NCBI GenBank assembly: GCA_047495785.1
Contig: JBLDXI010000042.1
Location: forward strand, 2,852,001 to 2,916,000
Source of the DNA: Lepidodermella squamata
Taxonomy: Eukaryota; Animalia; Gastrotricha
Direction of reading: 5' to 3'
Length of the DNA stretch: 64,000 nucleotides
Shown piece after piece: positions 9,943-21,403 of this stretch (the stretch's first letter is position 1; each line of letters begins with the position of its first letter). Under the pieces are notes generated by a model that saw only the letters and a list, made by a program, of their open reading frames with translations, made no database searches and was not told where the DNA came from. The translations under genes and the position numbers were made by a program.

Positions 9943-12390
9943 ATGGACGTTGTCAAATATTCCTCGCAAGCGATCGATCCTTCAGATCAGATAGGGTTTG
10001 GATTTGAAGACGACGCCGATGAGGATGATGAAAGCGGCTTGGAAATACTGAAACTTTTATCGAAAATTAATTCGCAATTCGAAGGATTGGTAGAGAAATT
10101 GCGAAACTCTTTCCATCCATGGTAGGAACTCGTTATTTAAGAGTAAAAATGAAACTTTTTAACTGAAAATTAGGGATTACGTTCGGGTTGAACTTTTCCA
10201 CCCCAGCTTGAATTTTCCAGTAAATACGAAATACCTTCAAGTACAGGAATTGACTGGTGCTATGATCATGGACGAGATAAACTCGGTGATGCAGTCTAGA
10301 CTTTCAATAGCCATGAACAACGGTTCGATTTAATATTACTGGAACTTGGAATGATTTTCATTATTAAAATTAGGCTGGAGCTACAACATCTATAGAATTG
10401 CAGTGGGTGAACTGGAAGATGGCGAGCAAGGCTACGGTGGCAAGGGTGGTAAACGACGCCGACTTGAGGAAACAATGGTTGACTTCATAATGGGTCACAA
10501 TGAAGTCCTTCCAGTGGAAAATGATGCTGATAATCACTGTCTCTTCAGGTCAATCGCACATTCTCTGTTATATCGTGATCACAAACAACCCCGGCCGGGC
10601 TGCCAACCTCACGGTGACTATGACAGACTACGGCCAGGATTTTCGAAAGACCGCATGTCAACATCCGAACTAGCGAATCTGGAAAGGGCTGCAATCAAAG
10701 CATATCAGGGCGAACTAGCACTGAAACTCATGAATGCCGCGGGAATCCAACCTAATCAAATGGCATATGGTCTTGACGAATTCAAGCGGGTTATTGATAC
10801 GATTGGCTTACCCTATCGAGGCAATAATTATTTTAAACAAACTAAAATTCGATAAAAACTTTTGGAAATTAACAGGTGTTATTTACAACTTCATGGATAA
10901 GCAAACGATGGCTGTACATCCGGAAGCAGGACTCACAATTGCCGATGAGCGAAAAATTTTGATCGGTTATATCAACAACAGAGCCTTGGCATCACATCGC
11001 GAAAGTGGGCGGTACGATCGAAGCGTGGGACATTATGTTGGATTTACAAGTAGGAGAAATTTATAAAATGCATAATTTGAAATTCATTCCTAAAAAATGA
11101 AACAGGCATTAGCACAATTTCTGGGGAGAAGATGATGTGCCCGCGATGTTTCATGTTGCACAAGAAAAACAACCTGCAGCACACGTGCCGTTTTAAGTGC
11201 AACAGGTGCCAGCGAGCCGGCGCAACATGTCGTGACTCGAACGAACGAACAATGTTATGCGGGAGTTGTGGCTTATTTTTCCACGGGGCCCTGTGTTTCA
11301 TGAATCACCAGACACCTGAAACACCCGGAGCTGCGACCATTTGCCAGTCCTACTTCATGTGCGGCAAGTGCGGTAGGAAAATTGGGATAGCGCAAAAGGG
11401 AAAACATAACTGTGAGTTGATGAAATGTGAAAAAATCCACCTTAATTTTTGCTACAATGTGACTATAGGTCAATCTCGGACGTGTCGAACTTGTAACGGG
11501 CCAATAAGCTCGGAGGAGGGTGACGAGGAACACAGCTGTGTCATTCAACCAGGCAGGCTTCGCAAAGATCCTCTGCGAATTGCCGGAGCTTGGGATACCG
11601 AAACAATTCAGTTGGAAACCGGAGAACTAGTGCCAGTCGTGATAGTGTTGAACATGTTTTGTGACTCGTGTCAACACATGCTTGTCACCGCAACGTGTCC
11701 CAAATCGTGTACTGGTGACGACCCGCGCCAGCAGATCTTCGTTTTAACTGGTGCGGATTCCACCTGTGTAAACCAGTTTATGAAATTTTTGCTGCGAGAA
11801 AAGTATTCTGGAATTTTACTTCTCTCTCATAATGGTTCAAGGTGGGAAAATCGAAGAGTTAGATTTCGAAAATTTAATTTAATCTCGCTATAGATTCGAT
11901 AATTTTATGGTCCTGAAATGGTTACAACAGCACGATTATCAGTTCGATCATATTTACAAAAATAACACAATTATCGAGCTATCTGTTGAGAAAAAAGCAA
12001 TCGTATTTCGAGACTTTTACCTCCTCTCCATGTCATCGTTGGCTTCGCTTTTCCACTGCTTCGGTCTGGATGAGGATGCGAATGCAACTGGAAAGGAATT
12101 TTTTCCCTATAAATTGCTGACATCAGCGAATTTCCTTTCCGATAACGAGCGAGACTTCCCAACCTTGGATGACTATGACACAAACCGGCTTTCGGATTCA
12201 AAACTCGCTGAGTTGCAACAATTCTTAGCTGAAAATCAGCATCAAAAGTTCCACCTTCGTAATCAGCTGATTAATTACTGCCAGTCCGATGTAAATTTGC
12301 TGCATAGAGCTTTAATCAAGTTCCGATCGATGTTGCGAGAATTCACAACCCGAGACGACAAGTGTCCGGAAGGCATCGACGCTATATGGG
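9943..12390 (+). pseudogene. Polinton/Maverick protein-primed DNA polymerase B (N-terminal region, Zn fingers, 3'-5' exonuclease), intron-containing, truncated before the polymerase domain
   Basis: The spliced product has DYVRVELFHPSL..LT..IMDEINSVMQS, NDADNHCLFRSIA, GHY..TS, a Cys-rich region, ExoI WDTET, ExoII HNGSRFD, FRDFY..SL..L, GKEFFPY and ExoIII YCQSDV. Introns at 10122-10173, 10323-10373, 10821-10875 (GC-AG), 11050-11105, 11412-11468 and 11842-11893; a further donor at 12391 has no recognisable continuation. Confidence 0.85.
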
Positions 12391-12727
12391 GTATGATTAT
12401 AAAAGAGTCGCTAATCTACTTTTTACGGTCGATCTTTGGCAAGCCATTTGAACAGCACAGAAACTTTTGAAGACGACTAACCAACCTGAAGAGTAGCCAA
12501 TTTTTTTTCATTGGAGTCACATCTGGCTGGTTCCGGCCTTCTGGGACCGGCTCCAACTGGGAGAAGACTAAACACCTATCCACTGGCGAATTCGATTGAT
12601 AACTTTGATCGAAACCAGAACGAACCCAGATCAAACCAAACAATGAGTTAACAAAGATTGCTCGAAAAATCGCCTGAAATCAGCTAGGCCGATAGGGCGA
12701 TTTCGACCACTTTGACCACTAGGGATT

Positions 12728-15548
12728 CTAGGACGATGCGATTCTTGAGGGGGTGATAACTCTCTGTACGCTATTTCTTGCTAGAGTTTGATAAACCTGA
12801 GAAATACCAAAGTAAATTGAAGTTAAAAGAGTCACAGTTAAAATTACTTGTAACAGCTGAATACTGATATTTATGAGACTCATGGCGATTACTACACAGC
12901 TGATGGCCACGTGCACATTCGTGAAACTGGAATCGAGAGCAAAAGCAAGTACCACCGCCGCCCCGATAAGTATAAATTGAGAGTAAACGGTGGTTCGCAG
13001 CAAAGCAATCTCGGCAAACGAATCTTTCGATGCCTGTAATAGGAGGAAAACTTACTTATCGCGAAATTTCTATGGTAAAATAACTCACTGATTTCAGAGC
13101 GATGGAGAGGAAAGCCAATCTCCCTAAAAGTAGACCAATCCAAGCGATTGATGCTCCAAGGAGACCTAGCGAGACTTCGGATGATGGCGTGTGACAAGCG
13201 AACCAAACTTGGCGAATGTTAGTGCTGACTTCAGTTGGGGACGGAAAAAGGTCCCCGTAAATTCTCTCAACTTTCAAGCCATCGATGGATAGCCAGAGAA
13301 CAAAGAGGATTACCAGAACCACAACCCATGCTAAGCCAGCAGTTGCGTATTTCCAAGACACCTTACGAGCGGTCTTGATTAAGGAGTTCTGATAGCTTGC
13401 ATGAGACTGGTTAGATTTCGGCCCAGGAAGAAGACGGCTGGGATTTGATCGAAATGATGCCAATGGTGATATCCCTTGACGTATAGAGAATTTGTTTTCC
13501 GCCAAAGCCACGACTGCAGCTGAAAATGTTTCGAGTTTTGCCCAGACAGAAGCGAATGCGATCCCACCACCGCTCAAGATAAAAACATACGATAGGGAAC
13601 AATTTACGTGGACATTTGTCTCAATTCCGAATGGCAGAGAAATGACACTCGAGACGAAAATGCAGTTTCCGATTGCGAATGCAACATCGATTGGCGCGAA
13701 GTAAAACTTTCCCTTGTTCTTTTGACAACTCTGAATTATCATGCAAGGAATGCTGATCGCCAAAATTATTGACGAAATGACTGAACAAGATCAAAAAATT
13801 CTAACGATTTTTGCGAATTTAAAACGCTCTCACCTGTGAGGCCTATATACACTGAATCATCAATTGCTGGAACGACGGACAAAACTGTTCGAATCGAGTC
13901 TCCCGGGGGTTTATTGTTTAACGTACCCCATTTGATCCCATTAGGACCCAGAACGAGTGGTTTGGATGTGCTGCTAACGTTGAAGTAACCAATCGAGCTA
14001 CGCGACAAGCTCCCGTTGCCGGCCTTGAGAACTTGAGTGAAGACAATCGGCGCAAAACCTTTCGAGTTATCTTCAGTTTCAGCCTCGTATTCAAAATTGG
14101 CTCGTTGACCGCTTAAACGGAAGTCATACAGACTTTTCACCATGGTATGGAAGAACCATTTTCCGTTGTTTTGAAAGTTAGGGCCGCTAGTTACCCAATT
14201 TAACAAAGTATCGTTACCTGTAGAGATAAAACAATTCTCGGAGTTAAGCTCCATTAACCGACTTACGAGTCTTTAGAAATTTTTCGGTCGAGTTCAACCA
14301 AGCAGCTATTAGCAGTGTCAAATCGTAAAGCATGAATGGCCATAAGGGCCAAAGTGAGTTTGTGCTAAGATTGTCCGAAATTTGCGACTGAATTCCGGTC
14401 ATAACTTGATTAGCAGAAAAGCCGCTGATATCGACCGAAGACGGTCCCAATACCTCGGCTTTCGTATTGGGACTACCAAACGTGAATAGTCCATCCATCA
14501 CATCAACAAGCATAGCTTCCGTGCACCATTTGTACTTGCTTGGGTCGCTTGGACTGAATACGGTTGTAGATATAAAAAATAATGCGAATCCTCTCCCATA
14601 AAGGTTGTATCTGTGGAGGAAGCATGCTACTCTCGCACCGAAGTTACTGTTGATGTAAATTATGCGTGGATTGTTGCTTGCCAAATCTTCCACAGCCATT
14701 CGCATGTCATTTTCATCGGGAGCGCCAAAAGCAGGTATTTTGTGCAACCCTAATGTCATGTTTCGTTTTTCTAGCTCTCTCTGTAGGGCAATTTCCATGA
14801 CGTTGTAGCTTGGGCCGATGTCGGACAGTACATAAAGCCGACGCCAGCCCATGGCTTGCATGAAGTAAACGAGGGAAAGTTGGACATTGGTTATCAGAGG
14901 TCCACTGACGTAATAGCCGGCGTATTTACGGCGATCAAGGATAATGTCGGGCGTTGAAGATGTCCCAGTCATTGCCACGAAGTTGTAGTGGTGAGTGAAG
15001 TGACCTCTGTGAGATAATTAATAAAATAAAATCTGAAAAGAGTCATACAGCTTACGTCCAAGTTTGAGCCCCACAGAGAGTTGCGATCATCATTGGAACA
15101 CGATTACATCCAGCATCAGCCGAGTTCAGTCGTTTGACTGTCGCAGCAATTGTATCAACTCTTCCGCACTGCAATCATTTTGAATATATTTCTGAATTAG
15201 GTAAACCTCTCTTACCGTGTCGTCGAAGGGTTCTACCACTAGATCGTAATCTTGGAGAAGCCCTGGAACGGTTTCGATTCTATCCAGAGCAAGTTGAATA
15301 GCTTTGGATGCCATTGCGCGCATAGGAAAAACTGCGCCGGCGTAATTTATCGACGCAAGAATTGTTAACAGTTTTTTTCCTGGTCTGGATGAACCGCTAA
15401 AGTTTAGTCCTCCTAGGGCGGTCGACGCGATATATCTCGGGATTGGGCTGTTTAGCGGAATGCTCATCTGCTGCCAAGTTGATCGCACTAAACTACCGAG
15501 TAAGACGACGCTAACAGCAACGACGGAAGATCTAATGGATTTGTTCAT
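12728..15548 (-). CDS. Class C (GABA-B-like) GPCR, copy 2; multi-exon paralogue of 1368-4198
   Basis: ORFs 15126-15560, 14244-14978, 13766-14254 and 13056-13763 are nearly collinear with copy 1 and share intron positions. ATG at 15548 (MNKSIRSSVVAVSVVLL), stop at 12728. Confidence 0.75.
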
Positions 15549-16183
15549 CTTTTTATTCAATCGAAATCAAGGTTGAAATAAATGTCCTTGGTTTGACGCT
15601 GACCATATGAGCGCGCTATTTATGCATTTTATGGGCGTGCTGTTGATAAAGGAAGCCACGAGCGCGACAGCGTGGGGAGATTCCTTTGCGCTGTAGGTGG
15701 AGCGCATCGTAGATGACGGATGCACTTTGATGCATTATTTCTGATGTGGCTACTTTTCACTTTCAGTGTCTTTCTAAACTTGGACGTTGGCTTCAGCATG
15801 CAGGTCTGAAATATCGCGAACAAGCCGGAATCGAGTAGTACTTATCGTAATAGGACTCACTTTTGGCTGTCACGACATGTCATGTGAGTTTTCGTATCAA
15901 GAAGCGGACAATCTCCAGTTACACCCCCTAAGGCAGGATCATGGACAATCAATTGCGTACCATTGCAACAGAGAATGGGGCCCTCGATTATGGCCGAAGA
16001 AAATGCTCATTCTCCAAGTCCGGCTGGAAATGCTCGCTGAAATTCACCTTGTATCTCTTCAGAGCCGGACTTCATATAAATGGCGATATCTTTAATAGGT
16101 ACTGTATTTTTATTTATCGGAAAATTTTTTCATCAATAGGTTTGGGGTTTGATATTTGATCTTTCTTATGCGCAAATTGCTCT

Positions 16184-17563
16184 TTAATTATCGTCGCCGT
16201 CTGTGAAGCATGGTGGGACGGGGCTTGAGTTGATAGCCTTGCCTTGAAAGTAAGAGCATAGATACTGACCTCCTTTGACTGGCCAACCCCCTCCGCCATG
16301 TACATTCACGCTGTCAAACAAAATACCAGTTGCTGGATTCGAAACATTTGCAACCATAATGCCCGGCGAAAGAACTCCGTCGTAGATATTCACGCGCTGC
16401 AGCGTGATATTCCTCAGCGAAATGTTCGGGTTAGTTTGGCATTTCGTATTAAAAGCTGGGTACAAAAACGAGCAGCCGGTACCGGTGCCATGGGGCTGGT
16501 GTTGCTGCTGAGTGCCTATAAAAATTGCCCACCAAAGCGGACGGTGAATGTTGATATCACGATAAGCGATGTTAGCAATAAGACCAGTGCCGTGGTCTCC
16601 CGGGTTTGGTTTGATATAAATAGCTTTCAGGGGCGTCGTGAAGTTGACATCAACAACTTCGACACCATCGATGCAGTTCACGTTTGGATTTGGAGGGACT
16701 GAGCCGATACTCATGCCCACGCCTAACACGACGTTAGAATGGGTGATTGTGATGTTTCTAGTGCAATTCGACCCGAATTGACTTCTATCACCCGCATTCA
16801 TCGGCTTGACAGCAACAGCGTCGTCAAAGTTTTCAATCGTCACATTTGTGATGAGTACGTCTTTCCCAGAGACGTCGATGCCATCCGTATTGAGCGGAAA
16901 AGTCGGAATAGTGATTCCTAGATGATTTTCAACAAGCTTCCCAGCGCTCTTCAGGATTTTCTTCTGACCATCGACATCAACATAGATCGTCAAATTCCAG
17001 ATGCGCGCACCAAAAACATCTGTTATGTCTATGTGGTATTGAGGGGCGTTTTCAACTCTGAATCCAGTTAGGGTTACATTAGAGGACGAATCGATTACTA
17101 AAAGGTTAGGCCGATGGTCTTGACCTTTAACTATCACGAAATTCCACCATTCGTAGCCATTTCCCAATATTGAACCGGATCCTTGAATAGCCAGGTTTGT
17201 TGCATTGGTGAAGCGAATCATGTTGTAGACGTTATCAGGGTACCCGGGCCAGTTTTGGGCAAAGTTATCGGTGTATGCAGAAAGGTTGCCATCAAGTTGG
17301 ATTACTAAGTTTGATACTCTATCAATTTTCAGCTCAGCTGGTAGGAAAGCGTAGGTCTTGCCACCAGGAATCAATACTTGGCGATTCATGGGGTCTGAAG
17401 ACGCATTGGCTGCGGCGACTGCGCTGGCAAAGGCAGCCCCGTTGGCAAGAGCTTGGGTTTTGGAAAATACTCCGGCAACGGCTCCGAAACTTTCGATATT
17501 AGTTTGCTGCAGCGAGAATCTGCAGAGGCTGATAACCATCAGAATAGTAGCCGTGAGCTTCAT
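16184..17563 (-). CDS. Secreted glycoside hydrolase family 28 (polygalacturonase-like), intronless
   Basis: Signal peptide; FGAVAG, GNGYEWW, RP, NTDGIDV, NFDDAVAVK, GMSIGS and YIK motifs; beta-helix composition. Confidence 0.9.
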   Translation of the reverse strand: MKLTATILMVISLCRFSLQQTNIESFGAVAGVFSKTQALANGAAFASAVAAANASSDPMNRQVLIPGGKTYAFLPAELKIDRVSNLVIQLDGNLSAYTDNFAQNWPGYPDNVYNMIRFTNATNLAIQGSGSILGNGYEWWNFVIVKGQDHRPNLLVIDSSSNVTLTGFRVENAPQYHIDITDVFGARIWNLTIYVDVDGQKKILKSAGKLVENHLGITIPTFPLNTDGIDVSGKDVLITNVTIENFDDAVAVKPMNAGDRSQFGSNCTRNITITHSNVVLGVGMSIGSVPPNPNVNCIDGVEVVDVNFTTPLKAIYIKPNPGDHGTGLIANIAYRDINIHRPLWWAIFIGTQQQHQPHGTGTGCSFLYPAFNTKCQTNPNISLRNITLQRVNIYDGVLSPGIMVANVSNPATGILFDSVNVHGGGGWPVKGGQYLCSYFQGKAINSSPVPPCFTDGDDN

Positions 17564-18388
17564 TTTGCTGCCTGCTTCAGTTGCAATTTAGTTTGAATGA
17601 CTGACAAAATAATGCCAACCAGACAATCTGAAACTTGCCGGTGGTGAGGCCTATTTTCTAGACCATTTTTTATCTGCATGAGATAAGCAAAACGAATAGC
17701 ATGACCGATGACAAGTAGAATAAGGTTGTGGTGCACTTTATTTATAGCTCAGCAGTTTTACAGCAAAATGAGCTATTTCCAACTTGAATTTACCCTCGAG
17801 CGTGGTGAATTTACCCTCCATAGCTGCAATTTTATTTTATTTAATTCAGATATTTTTATATTTTCAAACTTGAATCCGAGATCCGAAGGCATTTTGTGCG
17901 ATCTGCAATCTTATGCGTTTTTTCCATCAATTCATCACTTCCGGCAGTTCGGACATTTTTGTGCGGTGCAATTTCACACGCGCTAGGTTGATCCGACGTT
18001 TTCTGAAAGCAACTTTGAAGTAATTATCTTAAAAACATGTTTTCAGTTTTCAAAGATGACAAGATTTACGCTTTTAATAATCACTAACAAGATTTGAACT
18101 AGAGGGGTACGAACGAGCAGTGTCATCGTTTTCAGTTCGGTGTACCGCGCATCCAATTTCATAGAAGGAATTATACTTGCCCAGAGTCTATTCGTTAAGG
18201 AATGTCGGGGCAAATCGTCAATCAGCTCGATTGAAGTGACTAAATGTCCAGTAGCACGCGTTTCCAACAAATGCGTAAAACCATTCATAAAAAGATATTT
18301 TTTGCAAACATTTTATGGATCGCACGATCAAGTAGCAAGGCGGAGTCATGGATACGAGCCAACTGACCAATCAGCGTGCGGATTTTTT

Positions 18389-20797
18389 TCAACTTACAAC
18401 CTCAAACACAATGGATGTCAAAGCAGACGAGATCAGCGTAAAGAACGCTATAACGATTTGTTGTTCAGTGACTTGCCCGTTCAATATGACGCATATTAGC
18501 AGAGCTGCGACGATTAACACCAAAGCATTTATCTTGGCAACAGCTGCATATGTGAAGTCCATCCTGCCGAGAGTGAATGCAATCTTCCGTTTCTTGATCA
18601 CGTTTGGATAGTCTCTTTTCAATAGATACCACGTTAGAAGACCAATGACCAGAATAAAGATGTTGAAACAAATAGCTGAAAAAACCCAAGCTGTTTGGTA
18701 ATTTGATGAACATGATCTGACAGAAGTGGTGAGAAATGTATCAATATCATCGTCATAAAATTTCGAAATGACCATCTCACTGCAGGTGACAGGATCAATA
18801 ATAAGCCAAACAATCAAGAACGTAGTTAAGGTGGCTGTAAGGGCACTGCAAATTGAGTTTGAAAGCTTTGCTGCTTTTCGGGCCAACTTTTTCTCCAGGC
18901 TAGAATCATTTAGGCGATCAGGTTTGCGTAACTGCGATGCGTTCGATGCTAGTCTGTCAAAACTAGCCATTTCTTGGCAAGAATCATCCGAGTCACGCTT
19001 GCTTATATTACCGGAGCCGAACGTGTTTAAACCAGATTTTTTCGATGACGCAGCACGTTGCGGCTCAAAGTGATTCGCGGCGACTGGGTCAAGCATGAGA
19101 ACGAAAACAGCCGACAAGGATCGACAGACCAAGAGGTCATGCATACTTGTGATTCCTAATACAAGAAAAACAGTCCTGACGATCGAAATAAGCTCTGAAT
19201 TAGGGCTGGCCGTGAACGCAACAGCTGATGTATTCGCAACTATACAGCTCAGAGTTCCTACAGTAAGAACAAAGGCGGAATTTGTCTTCTTCTTTGAAGT
19301 GCAGAGAATGATGGCTGCCTCGACTGCTTGAATAAAGGATATTAGGGCGCCCAATGCTAACACAGAAATAAAAACGCCATCTGAAACCCGTTCATCGATA
19401 TCAATGTGGAAAGCTCCGTCTCTGGGCGGCTTTTTCCAAGCAAGCCAGTCGAAGTTTTGCCCTGCACTGCTTCGTATTTTGTAGTCCGTGTAATCTGCAC
19501 TAGCAGATGCCCCCTCGTAATTCATTTCGAAGACAGTTTTCAGGCCACCTTGATCTTGCGCGACGCTGATTACTGCAATGTCACCTTCTTGCTGACCGTT
19601 CGCACGACTGAAGCGTACTTTTGACAGTCGAAGACCCACCGCACTGACCGCCATCATCGATCGATTAACGTACTCGCTGATCATTCGTGGTTTATTTTCG
19701 TAATCGGAGAGAGTCAAATTAGCTTGCTGTCTCAGCTGTTTATCCGCGTGATCTAAGACGAGGGCGGCGAACATGGCTGTGTCGTAGTAAAGGTATCGCC
19801 GCTCGTTATCCGGAGGCTTCGAACCATTCAAACGTCGATCGAGTTCTGTATCGTAATCCGCCAAAGTATGACCGATTGATGACGCTTCACTGGCATTTGT
19901 CTTTCGAAAAATTGGTCCAATGAAAAATGTGTACCTTTGCTGCTCGAGGACAATGTCCCTCGTACAATTCGGGTAAGGATTTGGGGGAACTGCTCCTGGT
20001 GGAGTGTAAGCCGAAGTCGTGGTTATGAACACATACCTCTCTCCCGTAATACCAGCTTTGTAGGCTAAGCAGTACAATGGCCATAGATTAGCTGTCAGTG
20101 GAGTGTACAGCACGATTATTCTGACATCTGCAGCTTTGATGGAATCAATGAGCGTTTGATCAACCGTGATAGAGATACTGAATACCGGCACGGTGAGATT
20201 CCTCGACAGAGCTAATTTTTGAATTTCCAGCGAGCCAATGTAGTCATTGAGACTAGCTACAGTGCAAGCTACAGCAAATCGACGCCACTTTCCAATGAAC
20301 TCGATGAACTGAACCAAAGCTTTTATGTAAGGATCATTACTCCATGTTTGAAGAAACAGATTAGGATATCTGACGCGGTTGGTTAGTTGAGTTGCTTGAC
20401 AATTAGTGCTCAGAAGAACTGAGTCGTAGTGATGCAGTAAGGAACCCATCACCTGGCAGCTTGCCGACTGAAATCCTCCAATAGCGAGGGCTGATTTTAC
20501 TGGAGATGTTAATCCATTACCAGACCGGTTGTTGTAATAGTTGGCAATCACAACAGCAGATCGGTCTCCGAGAGTTTCATCGTCAAATATTGGAACGAGT
20601 TCATAATCAGGCAGTATGTCTGAGCGGTTGTTGATAGTTTCGAAAACAATGTTGGCGCTATGAAAGCAAGGTTCACAGAACTTTGCTGGGCGTTTTGCCA
20701 CTGTTATGATATCCAAAACTTGAAGCTTTTTAGGCTTTGCAGCGCTCGAAGACGAAGCCAGAAAGACGATGGTAATAATATAGCAATGTTGAAACAT
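18389..20797 (-). CDS. Class C (GABA-B-like) GPCR with ANF-type ectodomain, single exon
   Basis: Signal peptide MFQHCYIITIVFLASSSSA; INNRSDILPDYEL, LTNRVRYPNLF, KWRR, DVRIIV, YVFI, YDT, KPPRDG, then 7TM with WLIIDP..CSS. Confidence 0.8.
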   Translation of the reverse strand: MFQHCYIITIVFLASSSSAAKPKKLQVLDIITVAKRPAKFCEPCFHSANIVFETINNRSDILPDYELVPIFDDETLGDRSAVVIANYYNNRSGNGLTSPVKSALAIGGFQSASCQVMGSLLHHYDSVLLSTNCQATQLTNRVRYPNLFLQTWSNDPYIKALVQFIEFIGKWRRFAVACTVASLNDYIGSLEIQKLALSRNLTVPVFSISITVDQTLIDSIKAADVRIIVLYTPLTANLWPLYCLAYKAGITGERYVFITTTSAYTPPGAVPPNPYPNCTRDIVLEQQRYTFFIGPIFRKTNASEASSIGHTLADYDTELDRRLNGSKPPDNERRYLYYDTAMFAALVLDHADKQLRQQANLTLSDYENKPRMISEYVNRSMMAVSAVGLRLSKVRFSRANGQQEGDIAVISVAQDQGGLKTVFEMNYEGASASADYTDYKIRSSAGQNFDWLAWKKPPRDGAFHIDIDERVSDGVFISVLALGALISFIQAVEAAIILCTSKKKTNSAFVLTVGTLSCIVANTSAVAFTASPNSELISIVRTVFLVLGITSMHDLLVCRSLSAVFVLMLDPVAANHFEPQRAASSKKSGLNTFGSGNISKRDSDDSCQEMASFDRLASNASQLRKPDRLNDSSLEKKLARKAAKLSNSICSALTATLTTFLIVWLIIDPVTCSEMVISKFYDDDIDTFLTTSVRSCSSNYQTAWVFSAICFNIFILVIGLLTWYLLKRDYPNVIKKRKIAFTLGRMDFTYAAVAKINALVLIVAALLICVILNGQVTEQQIVIAFFTLISSALTSIVFEVVS

Positions 20798-20900
20798 TTG
20801 AATTAATGAAGATGATAAATACTCGAGATTAAAATGATTGGATTTACCTTGAAGCTGATGCTTTCTAATTACCAAGACTTCGCCTCCCCGCGGTCTCTCT

Positions 20901-21403
20901 TCCTCTCCCCATTTACATCGCCCCCGCCGTGGCGAGCGAGCTACGTTTGATCTGAGCTTAGCTCGTTAATTTTGTCACGTTTTCTTTTCGACATGCGCAA
21001 AATAAAAAAATTTCGCTGAGCATTGACTCTTTCTCATACATAGGTAATAAAATAAAAACGAGACATAACTTTAACCTCGTTTCAGCGTCGATTTATAAAA
21101 ACATAAATGTTATTTTTGGGACACAAGAACTTTTGATATTTTTCGACATAAAAAAAGTGGAGTGTATATAGTCTTTTCATGCTAAGAATACGCAGAATAG
21201 CAGTACCTTGTTTTTGAAGGTGTCCGAGGTTGAAGGTATGAATTTACCTTCCGCATTTACCTTCGGCAGAATACTGCCTCATTCGCCGGGAAGGCGCGTT
21301 ATTGCCCCGCGGAAAGAGATATTTCCTCTCCCCATTTACATCGCCCCCGTCGTGGCGAGCGAGTTACGTTTGCTCTGAGCTTACAGCTCGTTAATTTTGT
21401 CAG
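20901..21403. repeat. Pair of ~80-100-bp direct repeats (20901-~20980, 21324-~21403); probable transposon remnant
   Basis: tcctctccccatttacatcgcccccg.cgtggcgagcgag.tacgtttg.tctgagctta..gctcgttaattttgtca occurs twice. Confidence 0.75.

Larger units (their letters stand above)
4944..12420 (+). mobile_element. Polinton/Maverick-like element, left portion, 3'-truncated
   Basis: Begins AGTAGTAG at 4944 (a Polinton-type terminus), followed by a repeat-rich terminal region and a Maverick-type pPolB at 9943-12390. No right TIR, integrase, ATPase or capsid gene is visible in the window. Confidence 0.7.

Noticed and set aside
9943-12390. polB fragments read as a frameshift-decayed intronless gene
   Set aside because: Every break is explained by a 51-57-bp intron with splice signals that restores frame and motifs; only the 3' truncation indicates inactivation.
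16184-17563. Bacterial contamination as the source of GH28
   Set aside because: It is embedded between clearly metazoan GPCR genes with similar composition, with no operon context; read-level confirmation is still needed.
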